DNA from: Nitrospirota bacterium
GTDB lineage: Bacteria > Nitrospirota > UBA9217
Length of the DNA: 64,000 bases
Direction: 5' to 3'
NCBI GenBank assembly: GCA_963840455.1
Contig: CAWIYV010000011.1
Location: 288,001 to 352,000 of the forward strand
The notes under the pieces were generated by a model that saw nothing but the letters and a program-made list of their open reading frames with translations, did no database searches and had not been told where the DNA came from. How positions within the stretch are numbered: the first letter of the stretch is position 1; every line of letters begins with the position of its first letter. Shown here piece after piece: positions 39,185 through 49,749 of this stretch. A program made the position numbers and the translations under genes.

Positions 39185-39589
39185 TCAGATGAACGACACT
39201 TGCTTCGTCGCCGCGGAGACCACGAAACTGCGGTCGTTGTTCGATTTGGGATCGGCGGGAAAAACGAAGAATCCCGGCCTGTCGGGCTGGTAGCCCTGGG
39301 TCGTCCCGATCAGGGTCTCGTTGTCCTTGAAGACCACCTTGATCTTCCGGCCGCCCAGGTTCCTCGTCGGGTCGAACTCCTTTTTTTCGTTGTATTTGGG
39401 GTCGCCTTCGAAGTCCTTCACGAAGAACAGGGCCTTGCAGTCCTTGATATTGACCCTCAAAGGCGGCGATCCCGGCTGCGCATCGCCCGGTGTGAGGTGA
39501 AGCACATCCTTGTTCGGCATGAAATCGGCGGTAAAGCCCTTCATGACGTTCCCGTTTTGGAAGCGCACGACGATCTTATTCTGGACCAT
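39185..39589 (-). CDS. Conserved hypothetical protein
   Basis: Host-like codon use, GGAGGG RBS; KIVVRF...KG.T.DF, KALFFVKDF, GFFVFPADP. Confidence 0.8.
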   Translation of the reverse strand: MVQNKIVVRFQNGNVMKGFTADFMPNKDVLHLTPGDAQPGSPPLRVNIKDCKALFFVKDFEGDPKYNEKKEFDPTRNLGGRKIKVVFKDNETLIGTTQGYQPDRPGFFVFPADPKSNNDRSFVVSAATKQVSFI

Positions 39590-39663
39590 GGTTCCCTCCT
39601 CATGCCCCGGTCAGAGCCTATAAGATTTTATGAGGCATGATCAATGTACAGCTGTCCACGCGA

Positions 39664-40344
39664 TCAGCGCCTATATTTTTCAGCTGCCGCCTCGATTGCC
39701 GATCTGACGCTTGGAGTGATGTTCGTGAACTTGATCCCATACAGAAAAGCATTGGATGTGGCTTCCTTCTGCTCAACCCGTGTGATCTCGCCGTATCCGG
39801 TGACGTGCGTTCCGCTGGGAAGAAAGAACGAGAAAAATATCCCGTCGCCTATAGAGAGAGGCTCCTCCGCTTTGATGAGCATCCCGCTGACGCTGATATT
39901 TTCCGTCCAGAACTGGAGCGGCGTATTCTTGAACTTGCCTTCAATGCCGATAGCGAGCGCGGCCCGGTAGTTCATCCTCGGCGCGATATTGAGAAACCGC
40001 TGCACCTTCAGGTGAAGGAGGGCAGGCTCGATTGGCAGGGTAACGACGGCATTGGGACTGCACAGTTTGCAGTGTTCCCGGTTGGCGAGGGTGTCCTCGC
40101 AGCAGATGATCGTGGACAGACCCTTCAGTTCATCGCTTTTCCTGATGATCCTGAAGAATTCCTCGCTCTTGAGGCCGGGCAGGTCAAGCTGCGTGAAGAT
40201 GAGATCGATCTTTTCCTCTCTGCAGATCTTCAGCATCTCGTCGTTCGTGGCCGCGGCGAGGACCACGATCTCCGCGCGGTCGAACAGGCTGCCCTTCTCC
40301 CGGAACAGGTCTTTCAGGCCTTTTGCGATCAGCACTTTTTTCAT
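39664..40344 (-). CDS. Pseudo-receiver + PilZ domain protein
   Basis: RMNYR (RxxxR) and NISVSG; receiver-like N-terminus with Q at the phospho-Asp position. Confidence 0.82.
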   Translation of the reverse strand: MKKVLIAKGLKDLFREKGSLFDRAEIVVLAAATNDEMLKICREEKIDLIFTQLDLPGLKSEEFFRIIRKSDELKGLSTIICCEDTLANREHCKLCSPNAVVTLPIEPALLHLKVQRFLNIAPRMNYRAALAIGIEGKFKNTPLQFWTENISVSGMLIKAEEPLSIGDGIFFSFFLPSGTHVTGYGEITRVEQKEATSNAFLYGIKFTNITPSVRSAIEAAAEKYRR

Positions 40345-40482
40345 CGTCCGTTCCGCTCCTCTCAACTGACCGCTGCTAGGCCCTTTCATGACGGTAAAAT
40401 GTAGGATGGGCCCATGACACGCGGCTTCACGGGTCCCCTTCGAGGCGATCCCGTTCATTCGTATTAGCACTCACTGCGAACA

Positions 40483-40557
40483 TGCACCCTGAAGGGTGCA
40501 GCTGCCTTGAAACAGATCAAGAGAATAGCCTCTGGTAGCCGCAGGCTTGAGCCTGCG
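40483..40557. repeat. GTAG-type REP doublet
   Basis: TGCACCCTGAAGGGTGCAGCTGCC (inverted, degenerate) and GTAGCCGCAGGCTTGAGCCTGCG. Confidence 0.65.
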
Positions 40558-40611
40558 AATAGGCGTTCATGAACTGCCCTCTGAGTCCCCTGTGGCAGAA
40601 TTGTGCTCTCG

Positions 40612-43600
40612 CTACACCTTCTTCGCCCCCTGGTACGCCCGTGCCTGGTGCATGAAGGCCTCGAGGCGCGTTATGGTCTGGGTGTCCTGCTGGCCCTCGT
40701 AGGCAAGGGAGAGCAGGGGGATGTTGTCGTGGTCCTCGCGCATGCGCTTGAGCAGGGCACCGGCGACGGTGCCAGGCATGCACGAGAAGGGCATGACGTT
40801 CACGATGCCTGCGACGCCGCGCTTTGCGTAGTCCACGGCCTTGCCCACGGACAGTGCGGCCTCGCCCTCGAAGGAGTGGTGCACGTACGGCAGGGCGCGC
40901 TGGAGCGTCGTTCCGATGCTCGGCTCGTGCAGGCTGCGGAGGTTGCCGTTGAAGCCTGACAGGAGCCGGTGCTCGTCGCGGTCCTGGAACCATCTGGTCA
41001 CATAGGCCTTCGTCAGGTCCTTCCATGCCCGGTTCATCTTCGCCGCCACCTTCGCGGTCTCGTTCACGTACAGGAACCATTCGCCGATGGGCGCCACCCA
41101 GGCTTCGCCGTTGAGCCGCTCGATTTGGCGTACCACGTCCTCGTTGCCGAACCGGTTGGCACGGATGTAGATCTCGCCCACCACACCGATGACCGGCTTG
41201 TTCCGCTCGGTGATCCCCATCGCCATGAACGCCTGATACACATCCTTCAAGACCGGCAGCGGGTCCTGCCGCTGTTCGATGGCACGGGTCACGTCCGCGA
41301 GCGCCTGCTGGTAGATCCGGTCGGCCTCGCCCTTCTTCTTCTCATAGGGCCGGTGCTCCCACAACGCCTTCTGCAGCATGTCCACGCTGACCACGCCCTG
41401 CCAGAGCAGTCGCAGGAAGTCCTTCCCCACCATGCCCAGTTCGCGGTACACGCTGTCGTCCTGCATGGGCGCCACGATCGGCACCTCGGGGAGGCCGATG
41501 CTGTCCAGCACGAGCCGGTGGTAGCGGTTGTACTGGCCGAACCTGCAGGGCCCCTTGCCCGAGGGCATGAAGAAGGCGCTCCTCGCAGGATCGAAGCTGG
41601 GCCGCCTCGTCGCCTTGATCATGTCGCCGGTCGTGAGCGCCAGGGGGAAGCATTCCCTGCCCGAGCTGTGCTGCTTGCCGATGCGCACGGTCTCTGCGTC
41701 GGACTCGGGCAGCACCTCGGACTCCACGCCGCAAGCCCGGAAGGCCGCGGCGAGCGCGTGGGCGTGGTCGGCCATGGGCGGCAGGAAGACCTTCCTGCGG
41801 TGATGCGCCGCCTTCTGGCGGGGGGGTACGGTCCTGCTCTGCCTTGTACGACCGGCGTTCTCGAGGCTGTCAAGGAACGCCTCGATGCGGGTGATGGCGC
41901 CGGCATCGGCGCTGTGCTCGTCGATCTCGAGCTGGAGATAGGGCTTGCCGCCCATCTCCTCGCGGAAAAAATGGGAGATGAACGAGTCCGGCCCGCAGCC
42001 GAAGTTCGTGATGTACACCGGGAAGAGGTCCGGTCGGTCCTTGAGGAACCGAGCTGCAGCAAGGATCTTCCTGCCCGAGCGCCAGTACATCTCCTCCATG
42101 CCTGCGTGGTCGACCCCGTGCAGGGGCAGGAGGTCCAGCGGGATTGCCTGCACGCCCAGGTCGCGGACCTTTGCCGGCAGGTTCATGTTCATGCCCGCGT
42201 CGCAGGTATTGTAGGTCCTGCCGAGGAGCACCAGCGCCCGCCTGCCGGGCGCGAGAGCCGCCAGCGTCTCTTGGCCGAGCTCCTTCACCGCTTGGCTGGC
42301 GCGCTCCTGGGCCTCCTGTGCGAGGCGCGCTGCTGCGACGGTCTCCCGGGCGCCCTTGCCAAGGGCCTTGCCGACGGCCTTGACGCTGGCCAAGAACTGC
42401 CGCTCGTCCTGGAGCCGCAGGACGGCCTCGATGACCCTGGTCTCGCCGAACTTCAGAGCTCCCCTGGCCAGATAGGGAAGCGCCTGGGCGTAGGGGCACG
42501 CCTGGGAGTATTTGCCATCCTTGTCCGTTGCAGGGAACCGGACGAAGCTCGGAAGGAACAGGACATCCACCTTCTTATCCAGCAGGTCCTGGATATGGCC
42601 GAGCGCCACCTTGGCGGGGAAGCAGGTCTCTGCCACGGAGGCTTCGATCCCGCGGTGCGCCAGCGAGCGGTTCGTCTTGTCGGAGAGAACAACGCGGAAG
42701 CCCAGCTCCTTGAAGAAGGTCTGCCAGAAGGGCAGCTCATCGTTCAGGTACAGCGACCGCGGGATGCCCACGATCGGCCCGTCCATTGGCTGCTTTGCCG
42801 CGATCGCCGCGGCAATGCGCTGTTCCCGCAGGGCGAAGAGATCGGCCAGCTTCCCCCCTCCCTCCCTCCCCTTCTTCAGGTCATACTTCTCGCACCTGCT
42901 GCCGTAGAAGAGCGGCTGCTCGCCCTCGAAGACCACGCGTCGTATATCGCAGCGGTTCGCGCACTCGGCGCACTGGAAGGTCGAGACGGTGTACGCGCGC
43001 TTTGATAGGTCAAAGCCCTTGAAGCTGCTCGGCCCGCCATGACCGTTGCGCAGGGCAAGGATGGCCGCACCGATGGCGCCGGTAACCTCGTGGTGCGGCG
43101 GCACCGTGACAGGCCTGCCCGTCACCTTCTCGAAGGCGGACACGACCGACTTGTTCGCTGCCACGCCGCCCTGGAAAAAGATGCGGCTGCCGACCTTCTT
43201 GCCGGCCACGACCTTGTTCAGGTAGTTCTGGACGATGGAGTAGGCAAGGCCGGCGGTCAGGTCCGGGAGGCCCGAGCCCCGGTTCATCCAATGCACCAGG
43301 TCGGATTCGATGAAGACCGTGCACCGGTCGCCGAGCCGGCAGGGCGCCGATGAGCAGAGGGCCTTGTCCGCGAACTCCTGCTTGATGCGGATGCCGAGGC
43401 GCTCGGCCTGCTCCTCGAGGAACGAGCCGGTACCGGCGGCGCAGGCCTTGTTCATCTCGAAATCCACCACTGCACCGTCCCGGAGGCTGATGAACTTCGA
43501 GTCCTGGCCGCCGATCTCGAAGATCGTGTCCACGGCCGGGTCGATAGCAGCGGCAGCCGTTGCCTGGGCCGTGATCTCATTCCGCACGAGGTCGGCGCCG

Positions 43601-44781
43601 ATCATGTCGCCCGTGAGGTAGCGGCCCGAACCCGTTGTTGCTGCGCCAAGGATGCGGACGCGATGGCCGATCTCATCGCCCACCTCGGCCAGGCCCTGTT
43701 TCACCGCCTCGATGGGCCTGCCGGCGGTCGGAAGGTAGCGCTTGGACAGCACGCGCATCTCCTTGTCGATCACCACCACGTTCGTTGACACGGACCCCAC
43801 GTCCACACCGAGGTACGCCTCGACCAGCCCATCGCCTGCGGGGACCGCGTCCCGGTCCGGGTTCGGCATGATGCGCAAAGGGTGTGTGAGCGGCTCGCTG
43901 CTGCCACTCTCCTGCACACGATCGGCGATGCGGCTTGCGGCGAGCCCGGCGGCGCCCCGGTAGGGGATGTTCTGTTCAGGATGTTCAAGGGCAATGAGCG
44001 CCGCGCCGATGGCTCCGGATGTATTGAAGTGGTCCGGCACCGACAGGTCGCTCTCGGACAGGCCGACGAGCTCCCGGAAGGACCGCTGCATGCCGGGGTT
44101 CGCTGCCACACCACCGAGGAACAGCATTGGCGCGATGTACTTCCTGCCCTTGCCCACTGTGGCCTTGAAGTTCCTGACCATGGCGTGGCAGAGCCCGGCC
44201 ACGATGTCGTGGTTCGGCGTGGCGATCTGCTGGAGATGGATCATGTCGCTCTTGGCGAAGACGCTGCAGCGTCCGGCCACGGCAGGAGGGTTCTTGGACT
44301 TGAGGGCGATGGAGCCGAACTCTTCGATGGTGAGGTGGAGGCGGTGCGCCTGCTGGTCGAGGAAGGAGCCCGTGCCGGCGGCGCAGGCGGTGTTCATCGA
44401 GAAGTCATCGATGCGGGTCCGGCCGTCGCGCTCGCGGCCCAGGCTGATGAGCTTGGCGTCCTCGCCGCCCATCTCGATGATGGTCCGGGCATGAGGATGG
44501 AAGGCCCCGGCAAAGGCCGCTTGGGCGAGGATCTCGTTCACGAAGACAGCGCCGAGTTGCACGGCGATCGGCTTGCCACCGCTGCCGGTGATGCCGGCAA
44601 CAGCGATGCGGCCCTCGGGAAACTGCTCAACAAGCTTCGCGAGCTCGTCCCGAAGGGTCTGAGCGGGGTCTCCCTTGATACGGGCATAGGAATCAGTGAG
44701 GAGGGTCTTCCGGGAGTCCAGCAGCGCCGTCTTGACGCTGACGGAACCGATATCGATCCCGAGATAGAGGTCCTTGTTCAT
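40612..44781 (-). CDS. Acyl-CoA dehydratase activase fusion (2x BcrAD/BadFG ATPase + DUF2229-like domains)
   Basis: GIDIGSVS / GVDVGSVS, GGEDAK / GGQDSK, CAAGTGSFL twice, NFGCGPD, MPFSCMP. Confidence 0.92.
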   Translation of the reverse strand: MNKDLYLGIDIGSVSVKTALLDSRKTLLTDSYARIKGDPAQTLRDELAKLVEQFPEGRIAVAGITGSGGKPIAVQLGAVFVNEILAQAAFAGAFHPHARTIIEMGGEDAKLISLGRERDGRTRIDDFSMNTACAAGTGSFLDQQAHRLHLTIEEFGSIALKSKNPPAVAGRCSVFAKSDMIHLQQIATPNHDIVAGLCHAMVRNFKATVGKGRKYIAPMLFLGGVAANPGMQRSFRELVGLSESDLSVPDHFNTSGAIGAALIALEHPEQNIPYRGAAGLAASRIADRVQESGSSEPLTHPLRIMPNPDRDAVPAGDGLVEAYLGVDVGSVSTNVVVIDKEMRVLSKRYLPTAGRPIEAVKQGLAEVGDEIGHRVRILGAATTGSGRYLTGDMIGADLVRNEITAQATAAAAIDPAVDTIFEIGGQDSKFISLRDGAVVDFEMNKACAAGTGSFLEEQAERLGIRIKQEFADKALCSSAPCRLGDRCTVFIESDLVHWMNRGSGLPDLTAGLAYSIVQNYLNKVVAGKKVGSRIFFQGGVAANKSVVSAFEKVTGRPVTVPPHHEVTGAIGAAILALRNGHGGPSSFKGFDLSKRAYTVSTFQCAECANRCDIRRVVFEGEQPLFYGSRCEKYDLKKGREGGGKLADLFALREQRIAAAIAAKQPMDGPIVGIPRSLYLNDELPFWQTFFKELGFRVVLSDKTNRSLAHRGIEASVAETCFPAKVALGHIQDLLDKKVDVLFLPSFVRFPATDKDGKYSQACPYAQALPYLARGALKFGETRVIEAVLRLQDERQFLASVKAVGKALGKGARETVAAARLAQEAQERASQAVKELGQETLAALAPGRRALVLLGRTYNTCDAGMNMNLPAKVRDLGVQAIPLDLLPLHGVDHAGMEEMYWRSGRKILAAARFLKDRPDLFPVYITNFGCGPDSFISHFFREEMGGKPYLQLEIDEHSADAGAITRIEAFLDSLENAGRTRQSRTVPPRQKAAHHRRKVFLPPMADHAHALAAAFRACGVESEVLPESDAETVRIGKQHSSGRECFPLALTTGDMIKATRRPSFDPARSAFFMPSGKGPCRFGQYNRYHRLVLDSIGLPEVPIVAPMQDDSVYRELGMVGKDFLRLLWQGVVSVDMLQKALWEHRPYEKKKGEADRIYQQALADVTRAIEQRQDPLPVLKDVYQAFMAMGITERNKPVIGVVGEIYIRANRFGNEDVVRQIERLNGEAWVAPIGEWFLYVNETAKVAAKMNRAWKDLTKAYVTRWFQDRDEHRLLSGFNGNLRSLHEPSIGTTLQRALPYVHHSFEGEAALSVGKAVDYAKRGVAGIVNVMPFSCMPGTVAGALLKRMREDHDNIPLLSLAYEGQQDTQTITRLEAFMHQARAYQGAKKV

Positions 44782-44850
44782 ACGTCCAGTCTCCGTGGTC
44801 CAGCAGTAAGCACAGAAGGATGCGCGACGAGTGTTCAGGACTGGAAATTC

Positions 44851-44879
44851 ATTATAGTAGGATGGGGAGAGAGTGTCAA
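44851..44879 (-). promoter_or_regulatory. Consensus sigma70 promoter
   Basis: TTGACA-17 bp-TATAAT. Confidence 0.85.
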
Positions 44880-44922
44880 TCGGACAGATTGGGACGAAGG
44901 AGCGTGTGTCAAGATCCTGCTT

Positions 44923-45115
44923 TTTTTCTGCACCCCGGTTCGCAGTCCGCGCAGGCATGCATTGTTGGTCAGGGTTACATAGCTATTCGAGCATCGCAGC
45001 ACTTCCCCTCGCCCGGGAAAACGGGCTCGGCCGTGTCTGCCTGGTTTTGTGATCGCACTGGCCATGACTGCTGGCGCATGCTTGTGCGCGGTACTGCTCA
45101 CGGGATGCAGGGGCC
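44923..45115. repeat. Module M1, copy 2
   Basis: Homologous to 7621-7815. Confidence 0.85.
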
Positions 45116-45164
45116 TTTTGAAAAACAGGGATCGAGAGGCTTTTTCTGATGTTCTTAAAGCAGT

Positions 45165-45336
45165 CCCATGCGAAAATCTAGGCAGGCGACCGAGTCCGAG
45201 GGTTAAACATTTCGGATGTCTGAGCCCGCAGGGCGAGTTTCCGAAATGTACTGAGGACGACCAAGCATGCCGTAAAGGATTTTCGCCGGGTGCCCTTCTT
45301 TGGGTCACCTTTCTTTGGGCACGCAAGAAAGGTGAC
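45165..45336. repeat. Module M3, copy 1
   Basis: Reverse-complement homolog at 59725-59900; core TGTCTGAG-hairpin-CGAGTT; terminal CTTTCTTTGGGCACGCAAGAAAG hairpin. Confidence 0.85.
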
Positions 45337-45462
45337 AAGGAGTGAGAACCGAGATGCAAATATAAGATCGGCCACTGCGCAAAAATAACATCAGGATGAA
45401 CTATGGTTGCTGCATATCTTTCGTCCGAGAGCAACCCCTTTATTAGGATTCAGACCCTTTTT

Positions 45463-46668
45463 CTATGCCCGTCCTGACGGGAAGAGGCCCGCACTGACCT
45501 CGAACCCCTTGTCGCGGAGCGCGGCGAACACTTCCGCGAGGTGGTCCTTGCCGCGCACCTCGACGGTGAACACGACCTTCGCCCTGCCGATAGAGACGTC
45601 TGCCGTCGCCCGGTCATGGGCCACGTTCAGGATGTTCGCCCGCATCGCACCAATGATGCCGGTGACGGCGTGGAGGCTGCCGGCGATATCGTCGATGACG
45701 ACGCTGAAGACGCCGATCCGGTTGCTCGTGATGAGCCCCTTCAGGATGATCCGGTCGATGAGGGTGAAGTCGATGTTGCCGCCGCTCACGACCAGCGCCA
45801 CCCGCTGTCCGCGGAACTCCTCCGCGTTCTCCAGGAGCGCGGCCAGGGGCACGGCCCCAGCGCCCTCCACCACCAGCTTCTTGCGCTCAAGGAACAGCAG
45901 GATCGACCGGGCAATGGGGTCCTCGGCGACCGTGAACATCCGGTCCACGTGCTTTCCCATGAGCGCGAGCGTCCGCTCCCCCACCCTTCCCACGGCGATC
46001 CCATCGGCGATGGTGTTCCCCGGCACCCGGTCGCAGACCGCATGCTCCCCGAAGGAGACGCACGCTGACGGTGCGGCACTTGCCTGCACGCCGATGACCT
46101 GGGTGCGCGGCGACAGGGCCTTGATCGCCGCGGCGATGCCCGCGATCAGCCCCCCGCCTCCCACGGGCACGAGCACTGCATCGATGTGCGTGAGGTCCTC
46201 GACGATCTCGAGACCCGCGGTGCCCTGGCCCGCGATGACGGCATCGTCGTCAAAGGGGTGGATGAATACCGCGTCCCTGCGGGAGAGCGCGAAGTCCAGC
46301 GCGTCGTTGAACTTCTCCCCATGGAGGATGACCTCGGCGCCGTAGCCCCGCGTGGCCTCCTGCTTCACGATGGCCGCGGTCTCGGGCATGACGATGGTGG
46401 CCTTCTTCTCCAGCTTCCCGGCGGCATAGGCAACTGCCTGGGCGTGGTTCCCCATGGATGCTGCGATCACCTTCTCGTCCGCGACGGAGAGCAGCTTGTT
46501 GAACGCGCCCCGCACCTTGAAGGACCCGGTCTTTTGAAGATTTTCGAGCTTGAGGTACACTTCGGCGCCCGACATATTGCTGAGGGAGTTGGAGTGGATG
46601 AGCGGCGTCTTGTGGATATGGGCGGCGATGTTCGCGCGTGCCTGGCGGATGTCAGCGATGGTGATCAT
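45463..46668 (-). CDS. ilvA: Threonine ammonia-lyase with ACT domain
   Basis: KLENLQKTGSFKVRG, SMGNHAQ, HPFDD, GQGT, VGGGGLI, SGGNID. Confidence 0.93.
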   Translation of the reverse strand: MITIADIRQARANIAAHIHKTPLIHSNSLSNMSGAEVYLKLENLQKTGSFKVRGAFNKLLSVADEKVIAASMGNHAQAVAYAAGKLEKKATIVMPETAAIVKQEATRGYGAEVILHGEKFNDALDFALSRRDAVFIHPFDDDAVIAGQGTAGLEIVEDLTHIDAVLVPVGGGGLIAGIAAAIKALSPRTQVIGVQASAAPSACVSFGEHAVCDRVPGNTIADGIAVGRVGERTLALMGKHVDRMFTVAEDPIARSILLFLERKKLVVEGAGAVPLAALLENAEEFRGQRVALVVSGGNIDFTLIDRIILKGLITSNRIGVFSVVIDDIAGSLHAVTGIIGAMRANILNVAHDRATADVSIGRAKVVFTVEVRGKDHLAEVFAALRDKGFEVSAGLFPSGRA

Positions 46669-46734
46669 GGTTTTTATTATTTTCAGCGCCCCCTTCGAGG
46701 ACCGGAACATCGTCGCCTATACGTCCCGCGCCGG

Positions 46735-47049
46735 CTACTTGCCGTAGAGATGGACCGTGTACTGACGCCAGATGGTCAGGACGCTCAGGTACTCCAGGTC
46801 GGCATAGTAGAGCTCCTTCAGGCCCTTCTCCCGGGCGACGTCGCCCAGGGCCGTATCGCCCCACATGATGCCGAGGTAGGATAGCTGGATATGCTTTATC
46901 TCGCTCTGCCCTTCGGTCCCCGTGATCGGCGTCTCCCGCTGGTTGATCGTCAGCGGCTGCACAGTATGCGTGTAGAGGATGCCGGCCGTACAGCCCGCGC
47001 CGATCAGGATAAGGGCCAGGACGGCTGTTATCCGCGCGAATGTTCCCAT
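46735..47049 (-). CDS. TRL-like lipoprotein
   Basis: Lipobox (GAGC), YTHTVQP, WGD, terminal YG motif. Confidence 0.7.
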   Translation of the reverse strand: MGTFARITAVLALILIGAGCTAGILYTHTVQPLTINQRETPITGTEGQSEIKHIQLSYLGIMWGDTALGDVAREKGLKELYYADLEYLSVLTIWRQYTVHLYGK

Positions 47050-47060
47050 GGCAGCCTCCC

Positions 47061-47357
47061 TCAATCCCCGTACACGATCGTCGTGGTCTTCGTATAGAGC
47101 CCGAACAGGACGAAAAGTGTTTCACGGTCCATATGGTTCACGGTCATGAGCCCGCCCTGCTTGGCCGCCGCGGATGTGCTGGCATCGCCCCAGGCGATCA
47201 GCCACAGGACGGACTCCATCGAGGCTTTCCCCTGCTTCTGGCCGAGGACCGTCTTGTTCAAATCGGTGTCGTAGGGCGTCAGAACATGGGAATAGACGCA
47301 CCCGCTCAGAACGCACACAACCAGAGTAGCCACTACTACATACACGATCCTTTTCAT
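47061..47357 (-). CDS. TRL-like lipoprotein
   Basis: LSGC lipobox, KQGKAS...AWGDAS...AAKQGG...TIVYGD. Confidence 0.8.
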   Translation of the reverse strand: MKRIVYVVVATLVVCVLSGCVYSHVLTPYDTDLNKTVLGQKQGKASMESVLWLIAWGDASTSAAAKQGGLMTVNHMDRETLFVLFGLYTKTTTIVYGD

Positions 47358-47486
47358 GATGACCTCCTCAGCGAACAGGATGAACCGGCAAGGCAGAAAA
47401 AAAGCCGCGCGGCCGCGCGTATATTCTTAGTATAGCATAGGGATGAGATCCGCCGGGATGAGCCGCGGGAAAAGGAGGGAAAAACG

Positions 47487-48548
47487 TTACAGGCCGGCGG
47501 CCTCCATGCATTCGAGCAGTCGGAACTGCACCCGGCTGCGATGAAGGTTGTGGCCCGGCCGGCTGACCCTGAAGTAGGTGTCGCCGCGAAGGTGGTCCGC
47601 CAGGAAGCGGATGCCGAGTTCGAAGGTGATGACCTTCACCGAAGCGGGCAGCAGCTCGGCCTCGGCAGGGGTCAGGAAGGAGCGCGCCTCGTCGAGATAG
47701 CCGCGACTCAAAGCCGCATAGCGGGAGCGGTCGAAGACGACCTTGTCCAGGTCTGGTGCGTCCTCACCAGCGGGATTCGCGGCAGAGCGCACGCAGTCGC
47801 CGAAGTCGAAGTGCACAATGCCCGGTTTCACCGTGTCAAGGTCGAGCATGCACAGGGCCTTCCCCGTGGCAGCATGGACCATCACGTTGTTCACCTTGGG
47901 ATCGTTGTGCACCACGCGCACCGGGACCCTGCCGCTTGCCATGAGGTCCGTGAGCAGCGGTACCAGCGTTCTTCTCGCCCGCACGAACGCGACCTCGATC
48001 TTTGCCGCCGCGAACCGTCCCTGCGCGTCGAGCCGGATGGCATCGTCGAGCTCGGCGAGATAGCGCGGCGTGTGATGGAACCCAGGCAGTGTGTCGTGCA
48101 GCCGGTCAGGCGCCAGGTCGGACACCAGCGCCTGGAATCTCCCGAGGCCGCGGCCCACTTCATAGGCATGGGCATTGTCCTGCACCATGTCGAAGACGAG
48201 GCCTTCCTCGATGAAGTGGAACATGCGCCAGTACTCGCCGGCACCGTCGACATGGAACGTCCTGCCGTCGCGGGCGCGCACGAGAGCGGGCGTGACAACC
48301 GCGGGGTCGCTGATGCCCTCCCTCCGAAGCCGGGCCTGCAGGTGCTCCGTCACGACCTCCACGTTGGCCATCACCAGGTCCGGCCGTGAGAACACGTTCT
48401 TGTTGATGTGCTGGAGGATGAACTTACGGATGATGCCGCGGTCGGAAAACCCGCACAGGAAGGTCTCGTTGATCAGGCCCGAGCCGAAGCGCCCGGTCTT
48501 GACCAGTGTGCCGGGAACCATGAAATGGGGAAGGACGGATTCAAGCAT
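47487..48548 (-). CDS. Aminoglycoside phosphotransferase-family kinase (N-acetylhexosamine kinase-like)
   Basis: GSGLINET, FHHTP, HNDPKVNN, LDLDT, DFGD, RFLADHLRGD. Confidence 0.88.
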   Translation of the reverse strand: MLESVLPHFMVPGTLVKTGRFGSGLINETFLCGFSDRGIIRKFILQHINKNVFSRPDLVMANVEVVTEHLQARLRREGISDPAVVTPALVRARDGRTFHVDGAGEYWRMFHFIEEGLVFDMVQDNAHAYEVGRGLGRFQALVSDLAPDRLHDTLPGFHHTPRYLAELDDAIRLDAQGRFAAAKIEVAFVRARRTLVPLLTDLMASGRVPVRVVHNDPKVNNVMVHAATGKALCMLDLDTVKPGIVHFDFGDCVRSAANPAGEDAPDLDKVVFDRSRYAALSRGYLDEARSFLTPAEAELLPASVKVITFELGIRFLADHLRGDTYFRVSRPGHNLHRSRVQFRLLECMEAAGL

Positions 48549-48699
48549 AATGGTCGGTCAACTTCACAAGAATATATGATAGCTCTTTCACCGCAGAGGT
48601 CGCAGAGCACGCAGAGAAGAGATTATCTTTGTTCTTAAAGCAGCGGCTGTGCACAGCATGCAGGGCTTCTGAAATAAATGGTTTACGTCTTTCCCCATG

Positions 48700-48990
48700 T
48701 CCCGCACGTCCCCGGAGCGGCCCTATGAAATTCTTGGGCACCCGTCTTGGCCTACGGCATCGTCCCGACAGGCAACTCAAGGAGCGAGCGCATTCCCGGC
48801 AGTTCTTTCCGGGAATTGCGAGCGATTAGGATAAACATACATCCCTGAGGATCGAAGCTCCATGCTTTTAGCTTCAGGGAGCTTAAACGAGCATGTCCGA
48901 GGCCAGAGGCCGAGTTTGCGCGGGCGAGCGGACGTGGCCTTAAACGGGTCAGCAATTTCATTCAGGACGTGAAAGGGATGTGCAGAAAAA
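48700..48990. repeat. Module M2, copy 2, interrupted by M4
   Basis: Aligns with 7851-8025 apart from a ~113-bp insert. Confidence 0.8.
48774..48886 (-). mobile_element. Full-length degenerate M4 inserted in M2
   Basis: Reverse complement TTAAGCTCCCTG...CTTCGATCCTCAGG...TAATCGCTCGC...GGGAATGCGCTCGCTCC; no target duplication seen. Confidence 0.7.
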
Positions 48991-49053
48991 CACCTCAACG
49001 ATAGCGCGATGAACCGCCAATCGTGGAGAGATGGAATCCGAATGAATGATAGA

Positions 49054-49686
49054 TTATTTCCTTCCGATAATAAGAAACACCGGGAACTCCCGCCTGCCCT
49101 TTCCCTCGATCTCCTTCGCAACGACCGCCGCAGTCACATCGCGGACCGCGGAGAGGCCCGCTTGCTCAAAGAGGCCTTTGACCCGCGGCCGGTCGAAGCC
49201 GAGATGGAGGACGCCGGTGTTGTCCCCGTGGAAGGATCCGTCCTCGGTATCCAGGTCGGCAACAGCGAGGGTCCCGCCCGGCAGCAATGCGGCGGCCAGC
49301 TGCGCGATCAGCGCCGCGGGGTCCGGCACATGATGGAGCGTCATGCTGCTCACGATGAGATGGTACCGGCCGTCCACCTTCCCGCCTTGCTCGAGATCCA
49401 CGAACTGCGTCCGCACGTTCCCGAGTTCCCGGTCCCGCACCTTGGACGCAAGGACATCAAGCATGCCCCGGGAGCTGTCCACGCCCGTGATGCTCCTGAC
49501 CAGCGGCTGGAGCTTGAGCGTTACCAGGCCCGTGCCGCAGCCGAAATCGAGGGCGTCCTGGCCCTTCGCGGGCGAGACCTCCCGGATCATCGCGTCGGCA
49601 ACGTCCTGGGCAAGCTTCACCCTGCCGGGGTTCGCGTCCCACTGCGCCGCTTCTTTGTCGAAGTCCTTTCGTTCCTCGTGCTTCAT
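49054..49686 (-). CDS. Class I SAM-dependent methyltransferase
   Basis: LDFGCGTG, GVDSS, MTLHHV, LLPGG. Confidence 0.92.
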   Translation of the reverse strand: MKHEERKDFDKEAAQWDANPGRVKLAQDVADAMIREVSPAKGQDALDFGCGTGLVTLKLQPLVRSITGVDSSRGMLDVLASKVRDRELGNVRTQFVDLEQGGKVDGRYHLIVSSMTLHHVPDPAALIAQLAAALLPGGTLAVADLDTEDGSFHGDNTGVLHLGFDRPRVKGLFEQAGLSAVRDVTAAVVAKEIEGKGRREFPVFLIIGRK

Positions 49687-49749
49687 TTCTTTCCCGCCTC
49701 TCCCGCAAACTGGTGTGCAACGGCCGCAGTATACCATGAAGGCCCACGG

